64,000 nucleotides of DNA, taken from the NCBI GenBank assembly GCA_963674595.2, contig CAXXFV010000006.1:192001-256000 (forward strand). Direction: 5' to 3'. The notes beneath the pieces are model-generated. The model searched no databases. It was not told the origin of the DNA and saw only the letters and a program-made list of their open reading frames with translations. Positions 11,701 to 21,800 of this stretch are shown one piece after another. Source of the DNA: a bacterium (lineage in GTDB: Bacteria > Zhuqueibacterota > Zhuqueibacteria > Residuimicrobiales > Krinioviventaceae). Positions within the stretch are counted from its first letter, which is position 1, and the number at the start of each line of letters is the position of its first letter. The position numbers were made by a program, and so were the translations under genes.

Positions 11701-11806
11701 CCGGCAGTTCAGGTGGTTCGGGTGTATGCAGTTCTTTATTTCGCAGTTGTAAACGTTGAGTTGCAATACCGGCAAAAATATCCGGTTGTTTATTTTTATT
11801 AGTCAT
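8705..11806 (-). CDS. Glycoside hydrolase family 2 (no signal peptide)
   Basis: FKGVDYKA.IFING.FIGSHEGFFAPFEF, IWSL.EPWLY, FGIRSF, LRGAN, YEYCDRLGL, RNHP..LMSYINEP, CGEFGSE. Confidence 0.88.
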   Translation of the reverse strand: MTNKNKQPDIFAGIATQRLQLRNKELHTPEPPELPDKILPLTTGDKCVQQEIPKQMDSAEELQQELEKFRKQYEPFLQNLAPEYKSLRSRKNLEEFDWKIETDTDKNNFLNILQGKGNWEKVTIPHYGPPLGKAATWYKTEFQVQEKPVKDQSLFICFKGVDYKAHIFINGSFIGSHEGFFAPFEFEITDYVNKGANSLLIKVENDFICMGSRTQESEERFEGDKIYAATGCGYDDPQVGWHHCPPGMGIYQDVFLETRPRIFIKDIFVRPMMDAKQIEIWLDIFHCDIQPREIEFNLSIYGQNFKTCICQDNHIVPSSIHVPGLGDVAKRDDKNIPLPAGPGVNTYKFTVAVDNPKIWSLTEPWLYQMHISLLDNHQQKIDTFAKQFGIRSFTQDTESEPKGMFYLNKQAVRLRGANTMGHLQQCVIKKDWSQLIDDILLAKICNMNFLRLTQRPVQPEIYEYCDRLGLMVQTDLPLFGVLRKNQFCEAVRQTEEMEKLVRNHPCNVLMSYINEPFPNAMDKPHRHLLRKELENFFEAADLVVKLNNPDRVIKAVDGDYDPPGPGLPDNHCYNGWYNGHGLDLGKLHKGYWQPVKKGWYYACGEFGSEGLESESVMRKYYPKEWLPQSESEEKNWSPNSIVNAQSGRFHYMWYDSQYSLQNWIHASQKHQVRITRLVTEAFRRDSRMVSFAIHLFIDAFPSGWMKTIMDVERQPKPAYFTYRNALSPVMTSLRTDKWIYFENDEIQIETWVCNDTNESLKDVLLSYSISNKNGSVIYSGNEKVKIPVNSSQFCGYIKFKAPACSDREKLYITTRLVSSEKCFNTGDITVDILPQDTTTSNLPIYITSSSSKDKAWRLLDDLGLSRNKVQLPKESLIILIDNFQTFHKQKEEIEKAVRRGALAVFLELDPGEYKIADSEITVSVCGMGDRHFVSRDTGHHLVADFDPDDFWFWYDPKTDCPSPILHTTFDTKNWQAILKSGNGDWTAGWKPVFAAAEKTDEKGMWRICQVELSGRTNDNPIASIFAKRLLMER

Positions 11807-11809
11807 GAT

Positions 11810-13992
11810 TTAATTTCCCAAAGTCGCAATTACATAAACCAGGAACAGGATAAATATGCCGCCAATGGTAAAAACGATAATTCCTTTTATATCTGTTTTA
11901 TCCAGTTTTTCAAATTCCCAGTTTGAATTTTTAAACATTTTCAGATGATCAAACCTTTGCGGGTTTTTATAGGAAAGTTCAAGTTCTTTTGCATCGATCT
12001 GTTTATCTGCTTGAACAGGTGTTTTCATTTTAACAAAAAACCGGTCCAGTTGTTTTTTATCATCCGGTTTTGATAAAAGGGAAACGATAATAATGACAAG
12101 AAAGGGGAGAAAGGTGCGGATTAAGGCACGAATGGTTTCATTCATGGCATAGGGATTTTTTGACAAATCAAACCCGGCAAAATCAACAAGCACCAATTCA
12201 AGGCTGAGCATGCCTGAGCCGCGAACTGTTCCATTTTCATCCGTTTTTAATCCCTGGTTCCAAAAGATGGACTTTTGCGGCGTGTTATAGGTTTTACTAA
12301 ATTTTTGTCCTGCTTGCAGTTTTTCAGGCTTTTCTCCGTTTGTAATGCCTGCCTGATTCAACGTTTCCCATTTTTCAATGGCTTTGTTACGTTCTTCAAC
12401 ATCAATATCTCTGGCGGTATAGGTCCTGTTAACCGTAATTGGCCGGACGGTTTTGCACAGATATTTATTGGTCTTAACTCCCGGAATAAGCGGGAGCGCA
12501 ACCTGCAAAACAACAAAGAACACGATGGCACTAACCATGGAAACCCAGGCACCTTTTTTATTGGCACGCCTCCATTTTAAACCCATCCAAAAGCTTGCCG
12601 CCATAACAATGTTGAATTCCCATATCATTTTTAACATTTGAAAAACATTGTCAAACTGACTTGCAATGAGCACACCCCCGATAACGACAAACAAACCGAT
12701 GATACGACCGGCGTATATATAAGTTTTTTCACCATAGCTTGGAAAAAACGGACGAAAAAAGTTGTGCGTCAACAGACTGGAAGAGGTGATCATCATCATA
12801 TCTGCTGTAGACATGAGTGCCGCCATTAAACAGGCGATCATTAAACCGACTAGTCCCATACCTACTGAACCTAACAAGTCCCGGCAAGCATAACCCCATA
12901 GATAATCCGGATTTTTTACAACGCTGCCATATAATATCACAAGCAGGAAAGCGCTGACACCCCACAAAAGTGTGGTGGCTCGTTTTATAAAAATACCGGT
13001 CGTAAATCCGAATCGGGCCGTATATTCATCTTTGGCCGAACCGCATGCCGTCAACTGGTTTGCCTGGATGGCAACATTAATTTGACTCATTACCATAATT
13101 GTAATCATATAATACCATGTAAAATCAACCAGTGCCGGTGAGCCCCAAATTTCAAAGGCTGTTTCAGGTAACCTGGAATGGGCCGTTGCGACGATACCTG
13201 CCAATCCCTGACCGCCATAAACACTGTTGATTTTGAATATGGCAAAAGGAAAAAGGAGGAGGGACAGGATGAGGATAAAAATTCCCTGAATCGTATCGGT
13301 TAGGAAGGCCGCTTCGAGTCCTCCCAAGGCGGCATAGCAAATTACAATTAAAGCAACGATCCACATCAACAAATTTTCGTTAATGTATGAAAATTCTTTT
13401 TGTGGATTTTGTATTCTTAGATATTCCAGTCGTTCAAGCTGTTCTGAATTTAGCAACCGGCTGTCAGCTTGTTCCAGTTTTTCCAGTTCAATTGCTTTAT
13501 TGTATTCTTCCCGTTCAGTAACCGTTAGTTGCTCGACCGGTTTTGCGGTGATACCGGTAATGGTTTTAGTCATAGCTGTAAAACCCAGACCGACAACAAT
13601 CATAAAAAATATTGTGCTGATAATAGCGTATAATCCGGCAAGACCTTTGGAATTAAACCGCTCTTCAAAAAAATCACCAAGAGTTAATAACCGCATTCGC
13701 CGATACCAGATTGAAGTGATCCAGTAAATCGGCAGTCCGAACACACTTGTCAGATTTTGCCAGATTCCGGCAATACCGTTACGGGCTACCAGAACGGACA
13801 TGCCCACAGCGCTCTCTGCTGATGTCCCTTGTCCGAATGCAGCAAAAGTTTGCACAAATTTCCAAAACGTCTGCCGCCAAGAAAATAGTCTTCCTGGTTT
13901 TTGATACGACGGGAGGCCCATATACCTATTATTAGAACAACTGCAAAATATAAAATAATCGTAATAACATCTACAAATGGCAAACCAAACAT
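11810..13992 (-). CDS. Sodium:solute symporter (SSS) family transporter; -1 frameshift near 13860
   Basis: N-terminal D..II.LYF..V..IG.WA...EDYFLGGR, GGLEAAFLTD.IQG, AALMSTAD and many TM helices. One added A restores RFGKFVQTFAAFG. Confidence 0.88.
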
Positions 13993-13995
13993 AAT

Positions 13996-15541
13996 TTACT
14001 CACATTTTTCTATTTCAATTCCGCCTATTAACGTTCTTGCTTTAACGAGTGCATTGGCACGTTTTTCATATTCATCCGGATGCAGCGTTTTGCTATTCCT
14101 TGCTTTTAAAGAATCCATATTTTGTGCGTCCAAAATAAGGCTTTTAGCTTTCAAGGCCTTTTCTTTTAAATTTTCATCCGTACCCCCGGCAATTATTTCA
14201 CATTTTTCCAAAACCAGCGTCTGCTGGGGGCCTAAAATCGTCTGAATCGTTTTTTCAGGATCTGTTTCCAGACGTGAATAATCAACACCCTGCACCAGTT
14301 GTTCGGCTTTTAACAGGTTATCGTAACAATAACGATAATTAAAAGGATGAATGATATGTGGTGATTCCGGCAACGTCGGCGGCCATTGTCCGTCGGAATT
14401 GTAGGAATTGGTCAGATGGTACCAGGCGTTTACTAACGACGGTTTGTCTAAAGAGTCCGCCAAATCGGATAATTTTTCACGAACAAGGTCCTGCCAGGGA
14501 CGTAATAATTGCGCCATCGGCGTACCCGCCCAGGTTGATGCTTTGGCGCCGTGCCATGCTGAATCATCATCAAAGGTAATCACTTCTTGCAGGGCAGGAA
14601 GTTCATTACATGCATAATCAAAAGTTGTAAAGGAGCCGATTTCATTACATCCGGAAATGAGATCGATTAGCTTTTGTCTGGAATCCGGGGTTTCCTCAAA
14701 AACATTATCCGGTTTGTTTTGATATTTCAGGCGGAACCAGCCGTTTGTACCGATATATTCCGCATCATCCGCAAAAATGACTAATGCCGCTTCGGGTTCA
14801 TCCGGATTCTGCTGAGAATATTTTTTGATTATATTCATATATTCTTCAAGAGAATAGCCTTCCATTCCCATAAAGTAACGAACGCCATACTGGGCAATAC
14901 GGTCGGTCCTTAAAAACATTTTCAGGTTATTGCCTTCACATCCTTTAATTTTTAAAAATGGAAAGTGAATTGATTTTTCCGTACCCGGTAAATCGTATTT
15001 GAAACCAAAGTTATAAAACGCCGGTTCTTTACTATACTCTTTTTCATATATTTCCGGGCGTAGCGGATGACCGTTTTCGTCGCAGGAACGGCTGTATGCT
15101 TCAAAATCACCGATCATATTTTTATAACCGCAGGCGCTGACCTGCTGCGGGACATAACTTCTCCAGCCGCATTCCGGGTTCCAAAAACTCTTGGGAATGA
15201 TACCAAGATAATCTTCATACACTTTATTTGAAAATTGAATGGACCACATCCCGTCTTCTTTGGGAAAGTTCGGCAGCATAGGATGGGCATAGGGTGAACC
15301 CATAAATTCACATTGACCGCGTTTAATAGCATCTTTTAGTTTTTCCAAAACATCCGGTGTTTTTTTCGGCCATCTGTTCAATTGTATAACCGGATGCTTC
15401 AAAAACATAGGGTGTACCCGGAAAATAGTCGCGCATCACATCAATCGTCATTTCATAGGCTTTACGTATAACAAATTCATATTTATCCGGGGTTAAATAG
15501 GCATAATTCAGGTTTGCATGAAAAATGGAAATGTACTTCAT
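13996..15541 (-). CDS. GH57-like glycoside hydrolase (alpha-galactosidase-type N-terminal motif); +1 frameshift in the T7 run at 15360-15366
   Basis: FHANLNYA..., FEASGYTIE, EFMGSPYAHPMLP, FWNPEC (nucleophile region), FADDAE (acid/base region), NSDGQW. Confidence 0.72.
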
Positions 15542-15560
15542 ATAAATCCTTTCCTGGGTA

Positions 15561-16610
15561 TTAAAAAAAATGATAATATTTTTCAGATAACATGTTCATT
15601 TCATCATGAGAAATATTAGGGCAAATTATCAGCAAGCCTTTGGGACCGACGTTTTTTATCAAATCATCAATCTCAGACGGTTGGGCATAAACCTGTACAG
15701 ATTTCCCATGATCAATTATTTTTTGTAGCAGCCAATACCACTCGGACAGCCTTTCATGCCCGGCCCCGGGCTGCCATTGAACAGCTTTGATTGTCTCCAC
15801 CGATAATATCGAATCAAGATGGGCTATGGCTCCGATACCGTCCAAATGATAAAATGGATAATCAAGAACCGCTGCCAGGTCAATAATACGTGGCAGGCAA
15901 AACGTATCAAACATTTCAGGTGAGATCATGTATGAAAAATCTTCCTGCAAAGGAAAAGTCGTTCCCGTCGCCCAGATTCCGGCCCAGCCAATGCCGCCCT
16001 CATTATTTGCTGATTTTATTATTTTTTGGATTTCCTGAAAAGACTCAATCCAGATGTTTTTTAAATGGTCCATAGCAAGATGGACTTTTTCCGGTTGTGA
16101 AATCATATCGATCAGGAGGTTTTCAGTTCCGTAAAGATTTGCCAAAGTATCTCCCGGCGCTCCATGAGCAAAGGGGGCTACAAAATGATGATTATTGGAA
16201 CTGGCTGCTGACTGTGTTGTCAGATCAATTATTTTTTTATAAAAAAACGAATCTGTATTTAATTCAATATTCATTATTTGGTCGATTGAATCAAAGCAGG
16301 GATGTGCCCAAATTGTTTCCTTGTCAACATATTCAACTTTTGCCCCTAAAGCACAGGCCATGGCGCTGGCTCCGAAATCAATATAATGATAGGGGAGGGC
16401 CTGACCAAAATATGTTGTAGAATCCATGGTTTCAAGGACACGGTTCATGGTACTTTCCGTATCCATCCAAAAGGATTCCAGATCATCATCCTGCGAAGGA
16501 TCGGTTTGATTTTGTGTCCAAGCGATAATGTACGGATATTTTTGATCTTTATGGTCCCACCAGTCAGTAAGTTTTGGAGCAATATTTTTTATTCTTTTTT
16601 TTAAATCCAT
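15561..16610 (-). CDS. UroD/MtaA-CmuA superfamily protein, paralog 2 (HLDG type)
   Basis: DTLANLYGTENLLIDM..QPEKV, LQEDFSYMISPEMFDTF.LP, YHLDGIGA..HLD, AVQWQPGAG, GKSVQ. Confidence 0.8.
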   Translation of the reverse strand: MDLKKRIKNIAPKLTDWWDHKDQKYPYIIAWTQNQTDPSQDDDLESFWMDTESTMNRVLETMDSTTYFGQALPYHYIDFGASAMACALGAKVEYVDKETIWAHPCFDSIDQIMNIELNTDSFFYKKIIDLTTQSAASSNNHHFVAPFAHGAPGDTLANLYGTENLLIDMISQPEKVHLAMDHLKNIWIESFQEIQKIIKSANNEGGIGWAGIWATGTTFPLQEDFSYMISPEMFDTFCLPRIIDLAAVLDYPFYHLDGIGAIAHLDSILSVETIKAVQWQPGAGHERLSEWYWLLQKIIDHGKSVQVYAQPSEIDDLIKNVGPKGLLIICPNISHDEMNMLSEKYYHFF

Positions 16611-16613
16611 AGA

Positions 16614-17712
16614 TCAAATAACCCGGTATTTTTTCAATAATTCAATCGCTTTTTTCATCTGTGAAATATCGGCATCGATCATATAAACAAGGTTGTTGAT
16701 ACTTCCGACCTGGTCCATGAGAATATCCGGTAGTTCAAATGGATCACCCTGATATTGACTGCTGAAAATTTGCGTGAGTTTCCCGGCTTTATTTATTTTT
16801 CGATAAATATCAGCCCAATTTGAAACGTCAGGAGCACCATCTCCAGGGACCCATTGTATCCCCTTTATATCTTTGCATGCAAGAAGAGAATCAAGATGGG
16901 GGAGTTGACCGGCCCCATCCAGATGATAAAAGGCATTATCCAGTCTTTTGGCTGTCTCTGATAGTTCCGGTAAAACAAACGTATCGAACATTTGCGGACT
17001 GATCATATAGCTGAAATCACATTGCAGCATATAAGAGGATTTTTCACTAAAAATGGGCGCCCATGATGAATAGCCCGGGTTAACACGAGAAAGAATTTGA
17101 TTAAATTGCTGGAAAAATTGCCACCACAAATGATGCGCCTGCCAGGTGAGTTTATTTACACGTTCGGAATGATCATATAAATTAAGTAGTAATTTTTCAG
17201 AAGGGAAAAAAAGTAGAAACGATATCCAGATTACCGCCCAGGTCTGTCATACCAAGTTGTACGGAACCTTCCCATCTTTTTATGGCCGCTTTGTAAATGT
17301 TTTCAATTCTTGAGAACCATTTGTTATAAGGATTTATTTTAAATTCAAAAGATTGAATATCCAGGTCTTTGTCAGGATGAAACCAAACCGTATTTTCTCC
17401 GTTTTCAAGCTTTGCGCCAAGAAATGCCGCAATAACACCTGGTCCAAAATTGGGCCAGACATGAGGGAATGCGTCACCTAAATGGATTGTGTGTTCCAGT
17501 TCATTGTGCCAGTTTTCAATAATCAATTCTTCAGGTATGGACAAATCATAAAATGAGGTAAACTCGTAAGAAGGACAATCAGGTTTTAATTTATCGATTG
17601 ACTTTTGGTCTTTTAAACGAATTTGTATTAACGGACGTTCAAGTTCACCCTGCCACCATAAATTCGAATCATTTTTAATTTTATTCCATTTTTCAGAGCT
17701 AAAAAATTTCAT
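16614..17712 (-). CDS. UroD/MtaA-CmuA superfamily protein, paralog 3 (HLDG type); +1 frameshift in the A7 run at 17206-17212
   Basis: PNFGPGVIAAFLGA and MTDLGGNLDI. After frame repair: SEKLLLNLYDHSERV, LQCDFSYMISPQMFDTFVLPEL, YHLDGAGQLPHLD, GIQWVPGDG. Confidence 0.8.
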
Positions 17713-17719
17713 GCTTTTT

Positions 17720-18864
17720 TTATCCTCCCAATTCCATACATCGTTTTCGGTAATGTAAATAGTCTTTCCATTTTACTTCAGGGGGGACACCGTGGTCACA
17801 TGTTGGTATATATCCCCCTCGTTTTCGCATAAATGGTAATATCCTGTCCAGTTCGCGGTCAATAGCATCCGGGCCTTGTGCGAGTATCCGTTTATCAATG
17901 CCGCCGCTTATAATCAGATCCGGATGGTTTTTGGCTATTTGTACAACATCACAACCGGAAGCTACTTCAAACGGACTCATTACATCCATTCCAAGCCCTT
18001 TACGGTACACATCAATAACAGAAACAGCAAAGCCGTCTGTGTCGATTTGAACATATAAATGCCTTTTTTTATCAAGTTGACGGTCTTGTGTATTTTTTAA
18101 CAGTTGTTGATAATAGGGCATAAGAAATTCATTGATCATGTCAGGCGAAATAAGCGGACCTACGTTGTAACAAATATCTTCAGCCAGATAAAGTTCGTCA
18201 AGAGTGACATATTGCTGATGTTTTGAAATAACAGCATCAGACAATTCCAGCCAGGTTTTCATACAATCATGGATAAGCTTTGGATTGTCGTAAAAGAAAT
18301 ACAACAGATTCTCAGGACCAATCAGGCTGCGCAAATACATATAGCCGCCGATAAGGTTTTGCTGGATCATCAATCCCTGTGATGCTTTTTGCAAAGCTAT
18401 ATTCATACGGTCATGCAGGTTCAAATAACGATTTTCATCCGCCGGGTTTAAACGCCATTTTACGTTCTCCTCCCAGGTGGCCTGATCTTTTACAGGATGG
18501 TCCAGATATTCCGGCATAAATCCCTGGCGTTTTCCGGTAAAGTAGAGAACATATCGCCCGGCTATATCCTGAACAATTTCCTGGTTGCCCCGTGTTTCAA
18601 TGATCTTTTCTTCAAACCCGGAGAGAACGCGGCTTCACACCAACCCAATTCACCCAGTTCATGGTGTCCGGGAGGATCAAAGTGAAAAAAATCATCAAGG
18701 TTAAGGGCAGGGTCCAGGCCCTGTTCATACCAGGTATCCAGACAAAACCAAAGTCCGAATGTTTTATGGAAAAAGGGAGCATCCGGTTTTTTTGCATAAA
18801 TGTCACGTAATTTTACGCCTGAAGGATGCCATTGTTCTCTTGGTGGAAGACTGTTATTTTTCAT
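17720..18864 (-). CDS. UroD/MtaA-CmuA superfamily protein, paralog 4 (DxDG / C-terminal DH type); -1 frameshift near 18614-18619
   Basis: LRSLIGPENLLY.FYDNP, AEDICYNVGPLISP, IDTDG, SPFEVASG, GGIDK, GGYIPTCDHGVPPEV. One added base restores FSP.FEEKIIETRGNQEIVQD. Confidence 0.82.
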
Positions 18865-18873
18865 TTTGCCTCG

Positions 18874-21800
18874 TTATTCGCCCGTAACCGGAAGCTGTGT
18901 GCGGTAATTATCAATGTATAATCCTATTTCATCAAAGGGAATTTTTTGAAAATCAGGAACTTTTTCATAAACAACAGAATCGTCTTTCAATTTGAAATCC
19001 ATATTTTCTGCATCGATAAAACCGGGATCCTCTTTGGTGACATAGTTGTTTTTAAATTTAAATTGTGTGTTTAATCCTACCAGCCGATATGTTTCATCAT
19101 ATTTTACAGAAACATTATTTTCAAAAGTATTTCTGGCCGGCAGCATGCCATAGTAAATATCACTGCCGGGTATAAGGTCCAGCCAGTTTACCAGATTCGG
19201 ATATGCTGACCGATAGGGCTCTTTTTTTATATCAATATGTTTTGTTAATCTGTTTCGATAAATACCGTCGTCGCCAAAATAATATTCTTTTGAATCCAGG
19301 GCAAAGTCCCACCACATGGATTTTTGCTGAAGTACCGGACCATAGCCTTCGATAAAGATATTATTCCGAACGGTTATATCCTGTCCGCCATTACTGTAGA
19401 CGGTGCCGAAAGAACCGGCTTTGTAAAATACGTTTCCTTCTACAAGACCATCACAGGCCGCATCATCAAAATAGACGCACATTGTCCATTTGCGATCAAC
19501 ACGCCCGACATGATGGAAAAAATTATAACGGATGACGTTACCCCTGTCACTTGGATTTCTGCCGATATACCATGCAGAGGCATCGTTTGAATTGAGCGTA
19601 ACATGGTGAATGTGGTTGTATTCAAAAAGGTGCTCATTACCGGCCACCATAATTGCCTGCAGCGCCGCATTAAACACTTCACAATGAGAAACACGATTAC
19701 CACATCCATATACTTTGATTCCGGGCCACTGGGACCTGTTTCTTAACTGAAAGTCATAAACTCTGCAATTTTCTACAAAACAGTTTCCGGGAACCAGCTC
19801 TTTTTTGCTGCCGCCGTCCAATAAAATACCGCCGCTGCCGGTATTATAAACATCACAACTGAGAATACCGTGATTCTTGCCGGGATGCCGGTCCCAAGTC
19901 GTATTCATATAAGAGTAAGACGTTAAGCTGCCTATTTCTCTGGAAACAGGAACACCGGTATAATCGACACCGGTAATGTGCGGAAAAGTTTGCATTGCCC
20001 CTTTTCCCATCATAATACCGATTGTGCCGCAATTTCGAATCGTGCAACCGGCAATCAGGTTATTCTGTCCGCCTTCAATATAGATACCCATTCCCCTGGT
20101 CACCTGGAAAAATACATTTTCAAAATTGACATACGAGGCGTTATCAAGGACAAGCATGGGTGTTTCCAGTTCCGAAACTTCAATCTCTGCATTTTCAAAG
20201 TTTTCAGGCGGCCATATATAAAGCATGCCCGTATTTTTGTCAACATACCATTCACCCGGACTGTCAATTTCAGCCAGAATGTTTAACGCCACATATTGTT
20301 GATAGGGAGCTCCGCTTCCCAAACCATACATGTGCGGTGTGGTCAGTTTTACCTGTCCAGCCTCTGGATTAATCCATTCAACTTTAATTTTATCATCCGC
20401 ATATCCCCATTTAAAAGTGCCCTGGAACCATATATCATCGATTCCGACCCACTTTTCATGGCGTTTGTCCGTGTATTCAAAAATACCGCCGCGTATATTT
20501 TCATAATCTCCCCAACGGGGAATGGAACCGGTATCAATAATTTTACCAATTAATATGGCGCTGTTATTCGGATACCGGGCGAGGGGCATTTTTTCGTTGT
20601 TTATAAATACTTCCAATGGCGCTGTAACAACCGGTAAACCATGACCGAATTTTTTATGCTCTCCGAAATTCGAAATTCCGAAACTTTTCAAATTGACCTG
20701 GTAAAGGTTATTTTGAGCCTCAGTAGAAATTATTTGTTTTAACACATTATTGTCAGATACTTTTTCAAAAGCATTTGTCGGTATTTTTTGTCCGCCGGAA
20801 ATATAGACTTTTTCACCTGGCCAGGCACTGTATATGATGGGAGAGTCTTTCGTGCCGGAATCTTTCTCCAGTAATTCAAAGGATTGTTTTAAAGGATAAT
20901 AACCTCCGCGCAACCATACCGTTAAACTGTCTCGGTGTTGTGCCGGTATAGTTCGAATGGCGTCCCTGGCTTTTTCCAGAGATTTAAACGGTTCTGAAAA
21001 AGTGCCGGGATTATTATCATTACCTTCGGGTGAAATGAAAAATTCACTGGCATAATGTATATCATCTTCCGGCAAGGTGGTACGAAATTCATCTCTATAG
21101 AGTCCCATTTCTTCAAATGGTATTTTTTGAAATTCAGGGATCTTTTTGTAAACAATCGAATTGTCTCTAAGCTGAAAATCCATGGTTTCATAATTGACAA
21201 AACCGGGGTCCTGATTGGTTATATAATTGTTTTTAAAATCAAATTGTGCATGTTCACCTACCAGGCGAAACGTTTCGCCGTATTTATAAATAACATTGTT
21301 TTCAAAAAGATTGTTTTTAGGCCGCATTCCTACATAGGTGACCCCGTCATCCATTAAATCCAGCCAGTTAACGAGTTCCGGATAGGTTGTGCTGTAAGGA
21401 GGTTTTGTTATATCCAGCGATTCCATCAGCCTGGTGCGATAAACACTATTTTCACCGAAATAATAATCAATTTGATACTGTCCAAAATCATACCACATGG
21501 ATTTTAATGTTAGTGCAGGCCCATAGCCTTCAATAAGAATATTATTTCTAACCGTTATATCATGACCGGCATTGCTGTAAATCGTTCCAAAGGATCCGAC
21601 TTTATAAAGAATGTTTCCTTCAACAAGTCCGCCTCCGGCCGCATCATCAAAATAGATACCCATGGTCCATTCCCGGTCCGGGTTCCCGCAATGATGAAAA
21701 AAGTTGTTACGAATAACTAAACCACGATCACTGGGGTCCCGTCCGTTATACCAGGGTGAGGTGTCATTTGAATTTAGTGTCAAATGATGGAGATGATTGT

